DNA of 63,846 nucleotides, counting the filler, from Kipferlia bialata (taxonomy: Eukaryota), in NCBI GenBank assembly GCA_003568945.1. It is 5 parts of 5 records of this genome, joined end to end, with 100 filler letters (N's around TTAATTAATTAA, not from the genome) between each part and the next. Parts side by side here need not be neighbours in the genome. Positions count along the whole stretch, not along the records: positions 1 to 18,025 come from BDIP01000495.1; 4 more parts are not named here. One strand, given 5' to 3'. Under the pieces are notes generated by a model, which was given only the letters and a program-made list of their open reading frames with translations, was not told where the DNA came from and made no database searches. Below are positions 1 through 12,100 of this stretch, in pieces; position 1 is the stretch's first letter; the number at the start of each line of letters is the position of its first letter. A program made the translations under genes and the position numbers.

Positions 1-249
1 GGCACCGACATGGGAGAGTGGTGTGACAGGTTAACAGCTGAGGCTGAGGCCAATGAGATACCTATGGGAGAGGGCAGGGAGTGGGGGCCAGGGGAGGTGG
101 TTGTTAGAGAGGCAGATGCACCAGCAGACCTGCTCAGCGGGGAATTGAACCCGGGGCCAATGGGTGGTGAGGAGGTAGTTGTAGAGGGTGGGCATGCTGC
201 AGATGGCTATGTGGAGAGCAAGGAGTCGGAGTACAACCCTTTTGAGTGA
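1..249 (+). CDS. 3' end of a gene of unknown function (acidic, Gly-rich C-terminus ending ESEYNPFE*)
   Basis: Open frame from near the window edge to TGA at 247-249, with coding-like GAG/GGG-rich composition followed by more AT-rich sequence. Confidence 0.4.
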   Translation, partial: GTDMGEWCDRLTAEAEANEIPMGEGREWGPGEVVVREADAPADLLSGELNPGPMGGEEVVVEGGHAADGYVESKESEYNPFE

Positions 250-430
250 GTGTTGGGTGACAGTTGTGTCTTGAGAGAGTAGTGTGTACAGTATGTGAAT
301 TGTCTGAATAGATGACTTCACTCGTATTATTATTATACCTTGCCTACTGACGTATGTGGGAGACCCACCTCGCGGGTCCAAAGTGCCTACTACGGCAATG
401 AGTATGGTCTCTTGCCATAGCACGTATGGG

Positions 431-477
431 TCAATTTTAGTCAATTTTAGTCAATTTTAGTCAATTTTAGTCAATTT
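431..477. repeat. 10-bp tandem repeat (TCAATTTTAG) x4 plus a partial copy
   Basis: Directly visible. Confidence 0.95.
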
Positions 478-1102
478 GGCATTCCCAGATGGAGAAGCGT
501 TACGGAGTAGGTTCCTTGAATAGTAAACCTGGTTTGTTCAATGTCTACTTAGTAGACTCTACTACGTTAAAGGTGCCAAATATTGTGGTCCACTGGGTGG
601 CGGCTGCCTTGTGCAGTTCCCCTAGCACTGTTGTATCTTACATTTGTGACAGGTGGAGGTGACTGGTACTTCCAATCCAATCCAATCCAATATGTATACA
701 CAGGTTTTCCATTGTCAGCGCCATCATTACCTCTCTCATTTACAGACATTTCGGGAATTCAGGGACCACAGGGATGTTTAGAGTCTTCCTTGGTCCCTGC
801 TGTACGGTGAGCTGTCTTCAAATGTGAAAGACTTCACTGGAAGTAAGTGTCACGAACTTCGTGGAAGGAAGTGGGTCACCTCAGGTGATTCATTGTCCAA
901 AGTGCAGCTGCTAGATAGTCTTGCCTTCCCTAAAGACACACTCTCACTAGAGTATCACTCATTTCAGTGCATCTGAGTCCGATACTGGTGGCATACGTTC
1001 CCATGCACCCACGTGCCATATGATACTTGCTCAATGTTAAAGTGTTGTCTCCCAACAATCTATCAAGTGTTGTTACAAATTTCGTCAGAGTCTGAATCTA
1101 GT

Positions 1103-1166
1103 CCAACACTTCGTCACGAAGTGTTGGTCACCCAGGAGAGACGAAGTCTTCGTCTCTCCTGGGTGA
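1103..1166. repeat. Two abutting perfect inverted repeats (12-bp arms and 19-bp arms, each with a 1-nt spacer)
   Basis: CCAACACTTCGT-C-ACGAAGTGTTGG (1103-1127) immediately followed by TCACCCAGGAGAGACGAAG-T-CTTCGTCTCTCCTGGGTGA (1128-1166). Confidence 0.95.
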
Positions 1167-1628
1167 GTCAGCCTCCAATCGGGTGATCTGGACGAGCATG
1201 GGGACCCCTAGTACAATCACACGAGCGTGATGATTTCTAGGTGTTACAAAGCTACACGCACCGGACTGCGTCTGGGTTGATGGTATTTTTGGCAAGAAAA
1301 GGGTTCACTTCAATGAATCATCAGTGAGGGAGAGTTCTCTTGTGAGGCGTCAGGCAAAGACCGAACACATGGAAAAGTGCCCCGTCTGTGAGGCTGGGTG
1401 TGTTCCATCCCCTTTACACACCCCATCCCCACCTGCACTTGCTGTAGCGAGAATGGGTTTCAGTCTGGTTCTGGAGCAGTTTGTTGATGCCAAGAAGCAC
1501 AGAGACCCTGTCCGGATGCAGAAGGCACTACAGTTGCTGAAGGAGCGGGCACATCATCTGCATGATGCATGTGTCGGAGTGGGTACGCCCCCCCCCCCCC
1601 CCCCCCCCCCCCTAAATTGATATTTTTT

Positions 1629-2467
1629 NNNNNNNNNNNNNNNNNNNNNNNNNNNNNNNNNNNNNNNNNNNNNNNNNNNNNNNNNNNNNNNNNNNNNNNN
1701 NNNNNNNNNNNNNNNNNNNNNNNNNNNNNNNNNNNNNNNNNNNNNNNNNNNNNNNNNNNNNNNNNNNNNNNNNNNNNNNNNNNNNNNNNNNNNNNNNNNN
1801 NNNNNNNNNNNNNNNNNNNNNNNNNNNNNNNNNNNNNNNNNNNNNNNNNNNNNNNNNNNNNNNNNNNNNNNNNNNNNNNNNNNNNNNNNNNNNNNNNNNN
1901 NNNNNNNNNNNNNNNNNNNNNNNNNNNNNNNNNNNNNNNNNNNNNNNNNNNNNNNNNNNNNNNNNNNNNNNNNNNNNNNNNNNNNNNNNNNNNNNNNNNN
2001 NNNNNNNNNNNNNNNNNNNNNNNNNNNNNNNNNNNNNNNNNNNNNNNNNNNNNNNNNNNNNNNNNNNNNNNNNNNNNNNNNNNNNNNNNNNNNNNNNNNN
2101 NNNNNNNNNNNNNNNNNNNNNNNNNNNNNNNNNNNNNNNNNNNNNNNNNNNNNNNNNNNNNNNNNNNNNNNNNNNNNNNNNNNNNNNNNNNNNNNNNNNN
2201 NNNNNNNNNNNNNNNNNNNNNNNNNNNNNNNNNNNNNNNNNNNNNNNNNNNNNNNNNNNNNNNNNNNNNNNNNNNNNNNNNNNNNNNNNNNNNNNNNNNN
2301 NNNNNNNNNNNNNNNNNNNNNNNNNNNNNNNNNNNNNNNNNNNNNNNNNNNNNNNNNNNNNNNNNNNNNNNNNNNNNNNNNNNNNNNNNNNNNNNNNNNN
2401 NNNNNNNNNNNNNNNNNNNNNNNNNNNNNNNNNNNNNNNNNNNNNNNNNNNNNNNNNNNNNNNNNNN
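1629..2467. other. Scaffold gap flanked by poly-C runs
   Basis: Run of N. Confidence 0.99.
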
Positions 2468-2546
2468 AATTTTATTCTAAATATGTCCCCCCCCCCCCCC
2501 CCCATCATCCCTACGTTACCGCTTATAAAACACTCTCTCACACTAG

Positions 2547-5500
2547 AACGGCCAATTTCACGTCCTGTATGCTGGAAGCAACCCTACTCCTGTGTCTGTC
2601 TTCGGTCTCTCCACGTCTACCCCCCTCCGGTGGGTGTCTGTACCCCTCTCTCTCTCCGACAAGGTACATACACTGGTACAGGGAGATGCCTCTATCATCC
2701 TGGGCCATGCAGCATCTGGCTGTGCTGTGGTGGCACTCTCTGGTGGGCATGGGTCTGTAGATATCCTGTCTCTTGACCGGTCTTCTCCCAAGGTCTCTCT
2801 CCTGCACCTCTGCCGCCTGGCTAGGCCTCTTGGGTACAGTGTGGGTAGGGTGTCCATGTGTGGCCCCAGGGTCTTGCTCTCTGACGCCTCCGGTACCCAT
2901 GTCACCTCTGTCAATGTACGGACAGGGAGTGCCATGGGGTGTGGCATCAGGGGGAGGGCACACATGCCATGCAGTGTCGGTACAGTGTGTATTGCTGATC
3001 ACAACCTCCACGTTGCAGTCAGGGATGGAACATCGGTGTGTGTGGCACATACCGTCTATCTATGCTGTGTGAGGGATGATGCTCTCATGTGGGTAGTAAG
3101 GGGGGCTCAGAGGACCACTCTTTCAACCACACCACTCTCCCCACTCCTCTCCACCCCCCAACTACCTGCCGCGACAGAGTCTCATGCCGTCATACACCCT
3201 ACTCCCCACAGATGGGTTCACAGAGAGAAGGGAAAGTCTCCCTATACCCTCTTATGCCACACAAGCTCTGGTTGTATTGGTGTATCCATTGGCGTCGATC
3301 TCTCCTTAGTTGGGCTGGGTGTGTATGACCCATCTAGGGGGTGGGAGCAGTTGGTGGAGGTACCAACAGGAGTGGCTGTCCTTCCCCATGTGTCGGGAGT
3401 GCCACTGTACCTGGACCACTGTGTATATGCATCTGTGCTTGGCCGACTGGTTAGAGTGGACCTGGGTGCAAGGAGTGCCTCAGCCATATGCCTCTCCCTC
3501 TCTGCCCAGCCACGAGTGGCCGCTGACATGAGTAGCCTGATACTACAGACACCCAGTGGCATCAGACGCTACCCTCTCAACAGGGACATGAGAGTGGGAG
3601 CCCTTACAGTAGAGAGAGTCTCTGAAGGGAGTGTGGCTGGGGTGTTGGTAGGAGATGCTGTGGTTAAGGGTGTAGCAGGGGCAGAGTCAGTGTACTACCG
3701 GGTGGACAGGGGTGTGTGGACACCGATGGATGTAGTCACGTCCTCCAAGACCCGACACAGTAGAGTACAGGTCACATCTCTCCGTGACTTGGTTACCCTC
3801 CTAGAGAGTGGCGTGGCTGAGTCTCTGGATGTCAGTGGTACGGAGGAGACCTGTCTCCATCTAGACACCGCTCTGTCCAACCGGTGTCTAACTGACTGTA
3901 CATTCATGCACTGTAGTATCAAGTCTGCTACCAGAGCTAGTTTCACTGGGTGCTCTTTCGAGGGATGTACTATGGTCAACGCTGGCCTGTCCCAGATGTC
4001 TCTCTCTGCATCTTCTCTCACTGAGTGTGACCTCTCTGGATCAGACCTCAGTAAGGCTACCCTGACCGATGTTAGGTGTAAGGGGGGTAGGCTTCAGGGG
4101 TGTTCCTTCAAGGGCACTTCCCTAGCCAGTGTTGACTTCGGTGGCATTGCATTGAGTGGGTGTGACTTCACACTATCCACATTCACCTCAGTCAGTGTAG
4201 ATGGGTGTGACATGTCAGAGGTGACACTCAATGGGTCTGACCTCAGTGGGTGTAGGGGCCTGACAGTAGACACCCTCCACAGCGCAGTGTCTATAAGAGG
4301 GGCCATACTCTCTGGCCGTGACCTCAGTGGGTGGAATCTTAGTGGTCTCGACCTGACTGGTGTTGTGATGACAGGGACTAACCTCACTGCTTGTGATCTG
4401 TCAGGAACCACTGGTATGACGGCCACACAGCTACACGCAGCAGCGTCCCTCACCAAGGTATCTCTGAGTGGTATGCAGATGGGTGGGTGGGACCTCAGCG
4501 GCCTATGTCTTTCTGGTGCTGACCTGAGTGGCTGTGGTATAGTGGGGGCCAACTTGAGGGACACAGACCTGACTGGTGTCTCGCTCTGCGGTGCCACAGG
4601 GTTCTCAGCAAAGCAAATGAGAGATGCCAAGAGTGTGAGTGGTGTGATGGGTCTTGAGAAGTGTAACCTGACTGGTGCTGACCTCAGTGCCATTGACCTC
4701 TCGGGGCTTAACCTCACTGGCGCCAACCTCTCTGACACTGCTCTCAAGGGGACTAACATCACAGGCACCACTCTTACCGGTGCCATTCTTGTCAATGCTC
4801 CTTTATGTGAGACCATTGGTCTCAGTTGGAAACACATTCGTAATGCTGGCTGCTTAAAGGGAGCCAACTTGGCCAAGAGATGTCTGACGGCTCAGGACAT
4901 GAGTGGTCTAGACCTCAGTGGTGTCTGCCTCGACGGGTGCAATCTGAAGGGAACCAACTTCACAGGGTCCATTCTAAAGGATGTCAGTCTTGTTGGCGTT
5001 AGTCACCTCAATCCCAAGCAGCTGCGCTCTGCTAAGGATGTGATCGGACTCAACATGTCCGGTCTCAATATGGCCTACTGGGATATGTACGGTCTCGACC
5101 TATCACGGAGCAACCTGTCCAATTGCGACCTTTCCGGTGCCACTCTGACCGGGACAGTCCTCACCGGAGCGGACCTTTCCCACTCGACACTTAGACTTAT
5201 TATTGGTCTCACAGAGCGTCAGCTGCGGGACGCTACATCTCTTTAGGGGTGTGACATCAGCGGCATGGATCTCTCTGGTTTCAACCTATCCCACTTAGAC
5301 TTGTCCAACGTTAACCTGACCCGCACTCGTCTACACAATGTCAACTTCAGAGAGACCATCCTGCGAGGAACCTCTTTGACTTCATCCAGTGTGCATGAGA
5401 CGGTTCTCTCCCGTGCTGTTCTGCCCGACACTGCAGTGCCAATGTTAGTGGATAAAATTCGGGGCATAGACTGTGACACTTTCTTCCTCATTGTTCCTGT

Positions 5501-5765
5501 GATTGAGGGTCTGACTTGGCGTATTTCAGTAGTGAATCGTGCGGCGGTGGTCATCAACGACGTCGAGGTATGCCGTTTGTTGTCCTTTGACCTCCCTGGA
5601 ACCCAGAGACGTATTCTCCTCTGTTCTCGGAGGGGAGAATCTATCCAGATTGTTGGCCCCCAAGCGACGGTAGAGGTTCCCTGTTTCCCTATGTTTCAGA
5701 GTCAGGTGTGCATTGAGTCTCCCGGAGGCATCCGGAGGCGTGTGACTTTGAGTGTCGAAATGTAA
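2547..5765 (+). CDS. Pentapeptide-repeat protein (last exon); in-frame TAG at 5244-5246
   Basis: Long A(D/N)LxG-type repeats (CDLSGSDLSKATL, ADLSGCG, ANLSDTAL). ORFs 2592-5246 and 5265-5765 are in the same frame and the repeat continues across the stop. Acceptor CTCACACTAG ends at 2546, in frame with the ORF. Confidence 0.85.
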
Positions 5766-6104
5766 GGGGTCTTTCCTCTCACAGACGTTCTACCACGAGT
5801 CGATAATACGTCTAGACTCTTGAGACTGAAAGGCGATCTTGTAATATTTACATATCCAGTGAGAAGACACCAACACGAAGTAGTCGGTGAAATAGCAGTA
5901 CTTCTAAGCCCATAAACTCTTTATGAAGTCCAATGCATACGGTGGGTGTGTCACACCAATGCATCTCTATCTCTATGAGTATCAATATACATCTATTCCA
6001 GAGTCACACAGGGTACAGGAATCATAAGGTGTGTACTTTTGTGTGATACTGCCACACTACCTCAAGAAGTCTGAAGTGGAGACCTACGTATGAAACAAAT
6101 CTCA

Positions 6105-9100
6105 TTACTCCTGCACTGAGTATGGGGGAAAGGGACTAGTGACAGGCAGACTCACATCCGTGGCAACAGCAGGTGGTATGGAGAAAGGGGTGGCCTGGTA
6201 AGACCCACACACAGACTCTGGTGGCTTGTCAGTCTTTCTCTCATCGTCTGTGGCGATAGGCCCCACACAGCTTGGGACAAATGACTCCACCAACAATGGG
6301 AGCCCAGCACCAGTGAAGGTCTCCTGAGCGCGGTCGTCAACATCAAAGGCAGCCAGCGCAGCATGAACCACATCAGATACACTCTCGGTGGCCTTCCTGG
6401 CCTGTTGGTTGCTCTTAAGCCTAGAGGCCAGAGCATTGCGGGCTTTCTGGGTTAAGACTCCTGTTATCCTAGTCAGAAATATCGATAATCATACTCTAAT
6501 AATTGACACCGCCAACAATACCTGGTCATGGGGTTTAACGTCCAAAGTATCATGTATCTCATGGGCCCTGAGTGTTTGATCCTGAGAGTTAGATGTATGG
6601 GAACCATTGCAGACAGAGAACACACATACCTGTCTCAACGTTGCAAGAGTCTCACTTGTCCTCTTCACCATGCCTCTCTCTGCCCTGTTGGTGTGTATGG
6701 CCACTAGGCACTTTAGTATGTCCAGTGCACTAGCTGCAGTGGGCCTCTCTCTCGAGTCGTACTGGAGTGAGATAACAACGGACACCACACTCCAAAACAT
6801 AAGCAGACACACTAAGCATAACATATATGTAACCCACCTGCAGCATCAGCCTGATTAGGCTGGAGATGCCGGCGACACCCTCTGGGAGTCAGGAGTGATG
6901 TACTATGTACATACACGATGTACGTTACCAGAGATACAAGGCAGGTGAAATGTATGTGGTACACTACCCACCTGTCTCCTCAAGAGTCAAAGGAGTGATA
7001 GCCTGCTCGTCCTGTGCAACCCTTGTATTAGATGTATATACGAACTATGAAACACTCAATGTCTTTGCTGAAATCGTATGTCACGACTTACGCCCATTCT
7101 TCTTACCTGAGCGCCTCAAGCTCTTGTACGTAGCATCCACCGCCGCAAACGTAGTATGGGTGTCTTCCGGAGATATACTGCGTTAGTGTTCGAAACATAG
7201 TTATCACTGACAAATAATCAGTAATGGCACTAGTGCAGTTCTACCATATCGTATACCTCATAGAAAAGCACTCCACATGCATACACGTCGGCAAGAGTCC
7301 CGTAGGAACCAGCAAATATCTGCGGTTAGGCCCCAATCCATAGCAATATACGTTTGTACTATCCACTGAGAGTTACAAACATATACATACCTCCGGTGCC
7401 CTGACTGTCGGTGTGCCTATCTCTGACTCAGCTATCATGGTAGACTGTCCGTCCTGTAGCATCTTGCACAGACCAAGGTCTATGATTCTGGTGGTGCCGT
7501 CTCTCTCCACCATGATGTTGGCACCCTTGAGGTCTCGGTGCATCACGTTGCACTCAGTCATGAAGGCAATGCTGGTCAGGACCTGGAGGTTGGATTGTGG
7601 CGTGTAGTTCTAGAAACATATCTACGATATACCTGTCTCATGTGCTCCAGTACAAATACTATGGGCACCGCCTTCTGACACCCTGTATCGATCAGGTGTT
7701 GCCTCTTGTCTCTCTTGTCCTGTATCCACTGAGTGTATGCACTGTCACAGTGACGCCCCAACATCTGTGTGTCTCTCTCATCGAGACGTCTGTCTATCTT
7801 GGCCACTTCTGCGGCAGCACTGATGTCTTCCCAAGACTGAGCAGTGATATACGTGCCTGATAGCGTAGAGGCTCTTGCCTGCATGACATCTTGCAGATCA
7901 CAGCCATCAATCACATCAAAGACCAGGACAAGTCGCTGGTGTTAGATTCCGATGAATTGTACATGTGTTGAGATGAAGACCGACTCGGTCACCGAGTACC
8001 TCCTTCTGGTCTGCCATGCTCTCAGTGACTTCTGAGTCTGGACTATCATCAAGGAAGGCCTCTTCCAGCCTGGAGGGTTAGAGTATGCATGACGCCGAGA
8101 GATTATTGTGTATGAAACTGGTGTTGCCACCACATACCTGGTGCAGCAGTTGGGGTATCCTGGCTGGCCCTGTAAGTGAAAGAGGGCATCAGTCTCCGCT
8201 ACCTGACGAACCGCAAAGTCTTTCGACTGAGAGTGAGAGGTGACATATACAGTCCAATGGACTGAGTCCATGATGTATGTACTCGATAGGTCACACCGCT
8301 AGTATTCACCCTCCGTACCAGGCACCTCTGCTCCAAGTCTAGAATGACCTTGACTGCAAACTTCTTCCCGTCGGCCTTCCGAGTGAACTAGATGTGAGTG
8401 CGAGGGATATGCAGTGGTTGTTCTCCCAGACATTTTGTCATCTATGTGGAGGGTCATTCATATTGTTACATCTGATGTCACCTGGCGGACCATCCCATAG
8501 GACCCCTTGCCAAGAGCTACAGCGGTGCGAGTGTATCGTGTAGACAACCTATCGGTCTTGTACCGGCTGTGTGAGTAGTGTGGAAATACAATACCTTAGG
8601 CGAAGACGTTGGATCACAACATCTGATAGGGGTCACGTAACGTGACTCACGTTACCTTCTGATCAGTTCCATGCCCCCTCGTGCCTCCTCCATGTTCTTG
8701 TACCTGGCGGCAGCCTCTCTCCGAATGTCGTGGACGGTGTTGCGGAGGGGCTGCTGCTTCTGAGGTGAGGCTACGCGGTGGCACTCTGCTGTCTTATAAC
8801 TATCTTACTAGGGTACTATTATTGCTATAGCCCACCTTGAATGGCAGAGGCTCGGTATGGTGCAGCTCAATAGGCAGGTTGTCTAGCGCTCCCATCCGAT
8901 TGACACCAGCTACACAACCATCAAAGACTGCCTTTGCTAGGTCTTCAAGCTTGAGTTTCACCGTTGCCATCTTGAGGCCGTATAGCACCACTGCATTGAT
9001 GTGTACATCAGAGACGGCACTTGCTAGCCGAGAGGGTGTCAGGTCATTCACGCTGGGATTAGTAAGAGAGTCACCAATTTAACACTACCATCAAGTAATA

Positions 9101-12100
9101 CTTGACAAGTATCGGACTACCTCAGGTATGCAAAAGGACCAGACCCAGCCTCCAACAGGCCACATCCGTTGGGCAGGCGCTCTGGTCCAGTGGTAAGGAA
9201 GAGCGTGGTGCCCCGTGTACGTGCCTTGGTAGTTACACCGCTGAGGTAGTCTGAGATGTCGGCCGTGAGTGTCTCGGTGGGCACTGCTGCCAGGTGGTAC
9301 AGACTACCAGTGACTAGCTGCTCAGAGGTGGATAGGTACTCCTCACAGCCTATCCCCTCATGGCCTGGGGTGTCTATAGCCCCACACTGCACACACACAG
9401 AGTGGTGGCAGGAGTCACAGCTCTGGTACCCATCAGACTTGGACAGGATGTTGTGGCAGTCAGGTACCACACACATCCCAAGTGGCATGGAGCCTGCCTT
9501 CAGGTGCTTGGCTGCCAGTCTGGATGCGTACTCCTCATACTCAACGGGAGACAGAGACCCCTTCAGGTCCTTGATGTATGCAGTCTCGTGGCACTTGGCA
9601 CAGGTGATAGGCTGGGAGGTGGGGTCTTCCAGTGACACCATGCACTGTTTGACCATGCACCCTTTGCAGAATGGGTGGCCGCACAGGTATAGAGAGTCGT
9701 CAGCCTCTCCGTGGCAGTACACACACCTCCTGTCACACTCCAAGTGCCCTGCTCTCTTCAGAAAGTTGACCAGCTTCTGCTGGACGACACGCATCTCTGT
9801 CTGCTGGGACTCAAAGGAAATGTCACTAACGGCCTCTCCGTTGGATCCACTGTTGGCCAGTATATTCTCTCTGCACTGAGGGAGAGAATACATGTACGTC
9901 AGGATGTTGCGCCTGTTGTCGTCGTACTCTAGACGGCCCAGATGCAGTAGGGACCCACTGTTGATGGAGTCGATGAGCTGGTCTCCCGAGGCACCCTTGC
10001 GTCTGAAGAGCAGTGCTGCCTCAGTACTGAGCTCGATAGTCTGGACTCTAGGCTGGTACTCCTTGGCGGTGTGGGTGTGGATCCTGTTGACAAGTGCGTC
10101 ATAGGTGCCTCTGTCGCAGTAGAACTTGACCCCCTTGATGCGGTTACCAGATCGGTATAGGACCTCCCTGCCGGCACCTCTCTCCCTGCACCATTGGGCT
10201 AACAGGCCATCTCTGTCTGCCTTCAAATCATCCTTGAACAGAACCTCACGGCGTCTCCCGAACACCGCATAGTAGTGAGGAGTTGTCAGCTTAGTCAGCT
10301 CTGCAGCGGCCATGCCACACACACTGGGCACACCAGATATCACAAGGCACGTGGTGTGTACGCCTGAGTCTGTCATGTCAGCCTGAGTGCTGACCCTGAC
10401 TCCCTGGAGACCCAGCTGACTGTACTTGTCGTATACAGTCTGAGCCATCTCATCCAGAGGGTAGCAGTCTGCATGCTTGACCAATACACTGCAGTCGGTA
10501 TGTGATGTATCGGGGTGGCACTGTGTGTATCGATCAGCGTCAGCTGCCGAAGGGAACACAACACTGTAGATGTTGGCAATAGAACCAGTGAGTGCCTCTC
10601 CAGTACTAGTGGTACTCTCAGTGGGAAGTGAACCGCGTAGTGCTGTGGCAGCATTGCTGCAGTCTAGGGTATTGTCGAAGCAGAGGGTAGCTGATGTGGA
10701 CCCATCTGTCTCCGACAGAGTGACATACACAGGGGTGGAGTCACATGCTCTGAGGACATCTGCGTCCTTGGTGCTGCTGGGCATGTCTCGGATGACTATG
10801 CTGGGGACATCAATGACCTCCAAGGCAGTGTATCCCTCACTCGATATGCTCTCTCTCAGTGTGGATATGTCCTGTGCCTGGATGTGCAGTGTAGTGCCCA
10901 GCCTCTGTGACGCAGAGAGGCTGCCAGCGCTCATCTCTGCCTTGGGGTTGGGGACACAGGCACGGGCGGTAGCGGCAGCTGCCTCGTTGCGGAAGTGCAC
11001 CACCCCAGAGACAACCCTGCCCCCCTCTCTAAACAGGGTCCCATACTTCATGTCAGTCTTTGGATCCAGCCTAGCCAGCTTGCAGAGCCACAGGGCCAGG
11101 CTGCGGTCTGACCTTGTCTCTGGGGGCACCCTGTCTACAGTGACGCACAGAGGGTCGTCGGTGGTGGTGACGGCCCTAACCACCCCACCTCCCAGTATCA
11201 CTACGCTGTACTCACCAGCCCCCTCTCCCAGGACTACCCTGTCCTCGTACTCCCTGTAGTTCTCACGCCAGGCACGAACCACACCCACGGCTCTGCGACG
11301 AATGTCGGCACCGCAGTTTGCAGGGGCGTGGATGGCGACTGTACTGGCGTCCAGGTCATGGACCACAACTGCGTGGTACTTGTACTTGGACCTCCGGAGA
11401 ACCCTCTCCAGCTCCAACACAACGGAGCGGCCGACGTTCTTGGCTGTGAAACACACCTCTGTGTTGAGGGTCTGTGCCTTGATCCAGTCCTGCTTCTCAT
11501 AGGAGAGCCATGCTGGGTGTAGGGGGTGGGACATCGCGGCACGTAGCCACCCGTCCTTCTTGGATACGGGGGCGTCGAGGGAGAGAGCCACAAAGAGGGA
11601 GTCTGTGTCCCCGGTGTAGCAGAGCTGTGACTCAGGGGACAGGACACGCATAGTGCCAGATCCGTGGAGCATGTAGACACGAACTGCATCAGCAGAGGGC
11701 ATCATCTTCTGACCTATGTGCTGTGGGTAGGCATAGGCCAGACACCTGCCTATGACCTCTAGCTGATGGGGTGTGTAGTCTGTGGAGACAGCAAGACTCT
11801 GAACATGATCCGTTGACTCCACAGGCTCCCTCTCAGCCACGACCGGGGATGATAACACACTCACCAGTGCCGTACGGGCTGAAGCAAGAACTGTGTGGTC
11901 AAGTCCTGCCTCCTCTGCATACTTGTGTCTACACTGATCACAACCCAAGTGTGACAAGGGATCATCAGACACCACCAGCCCACAGTCACACTTGCCCCCA
12001 GTCAACATGCCTGTGGACAGCCACTCCCTGTATGCCTGGTGGTAAGACTGACTGACCATCTTCTTATCTCAGACTGGAATACACAATGAATGCAGTTATA

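Noticed and set aside
1324..1620. Short ORF with CPVC motif
   Set aside because: Runs into poly-C and a gap; no recognisable family.
1569..2541. Long ORFs of about 300 aa
   Set aside because: They consist almost entirely of N.
5244..5246. Genome-wide TAR-to-Gln reassignment
   Set aside because: Only one internal TAG was seen, long exons elsewhere lack TAA/TAG, and both codons appear to end other genes.
8632..8646. Palindrome GTCACGT-A-ACGTGAC and a possible micro-exon at about 8596-8623
   Set aside because: Short enough to be chance; including the micro-exon breaks the kinase reading frame.
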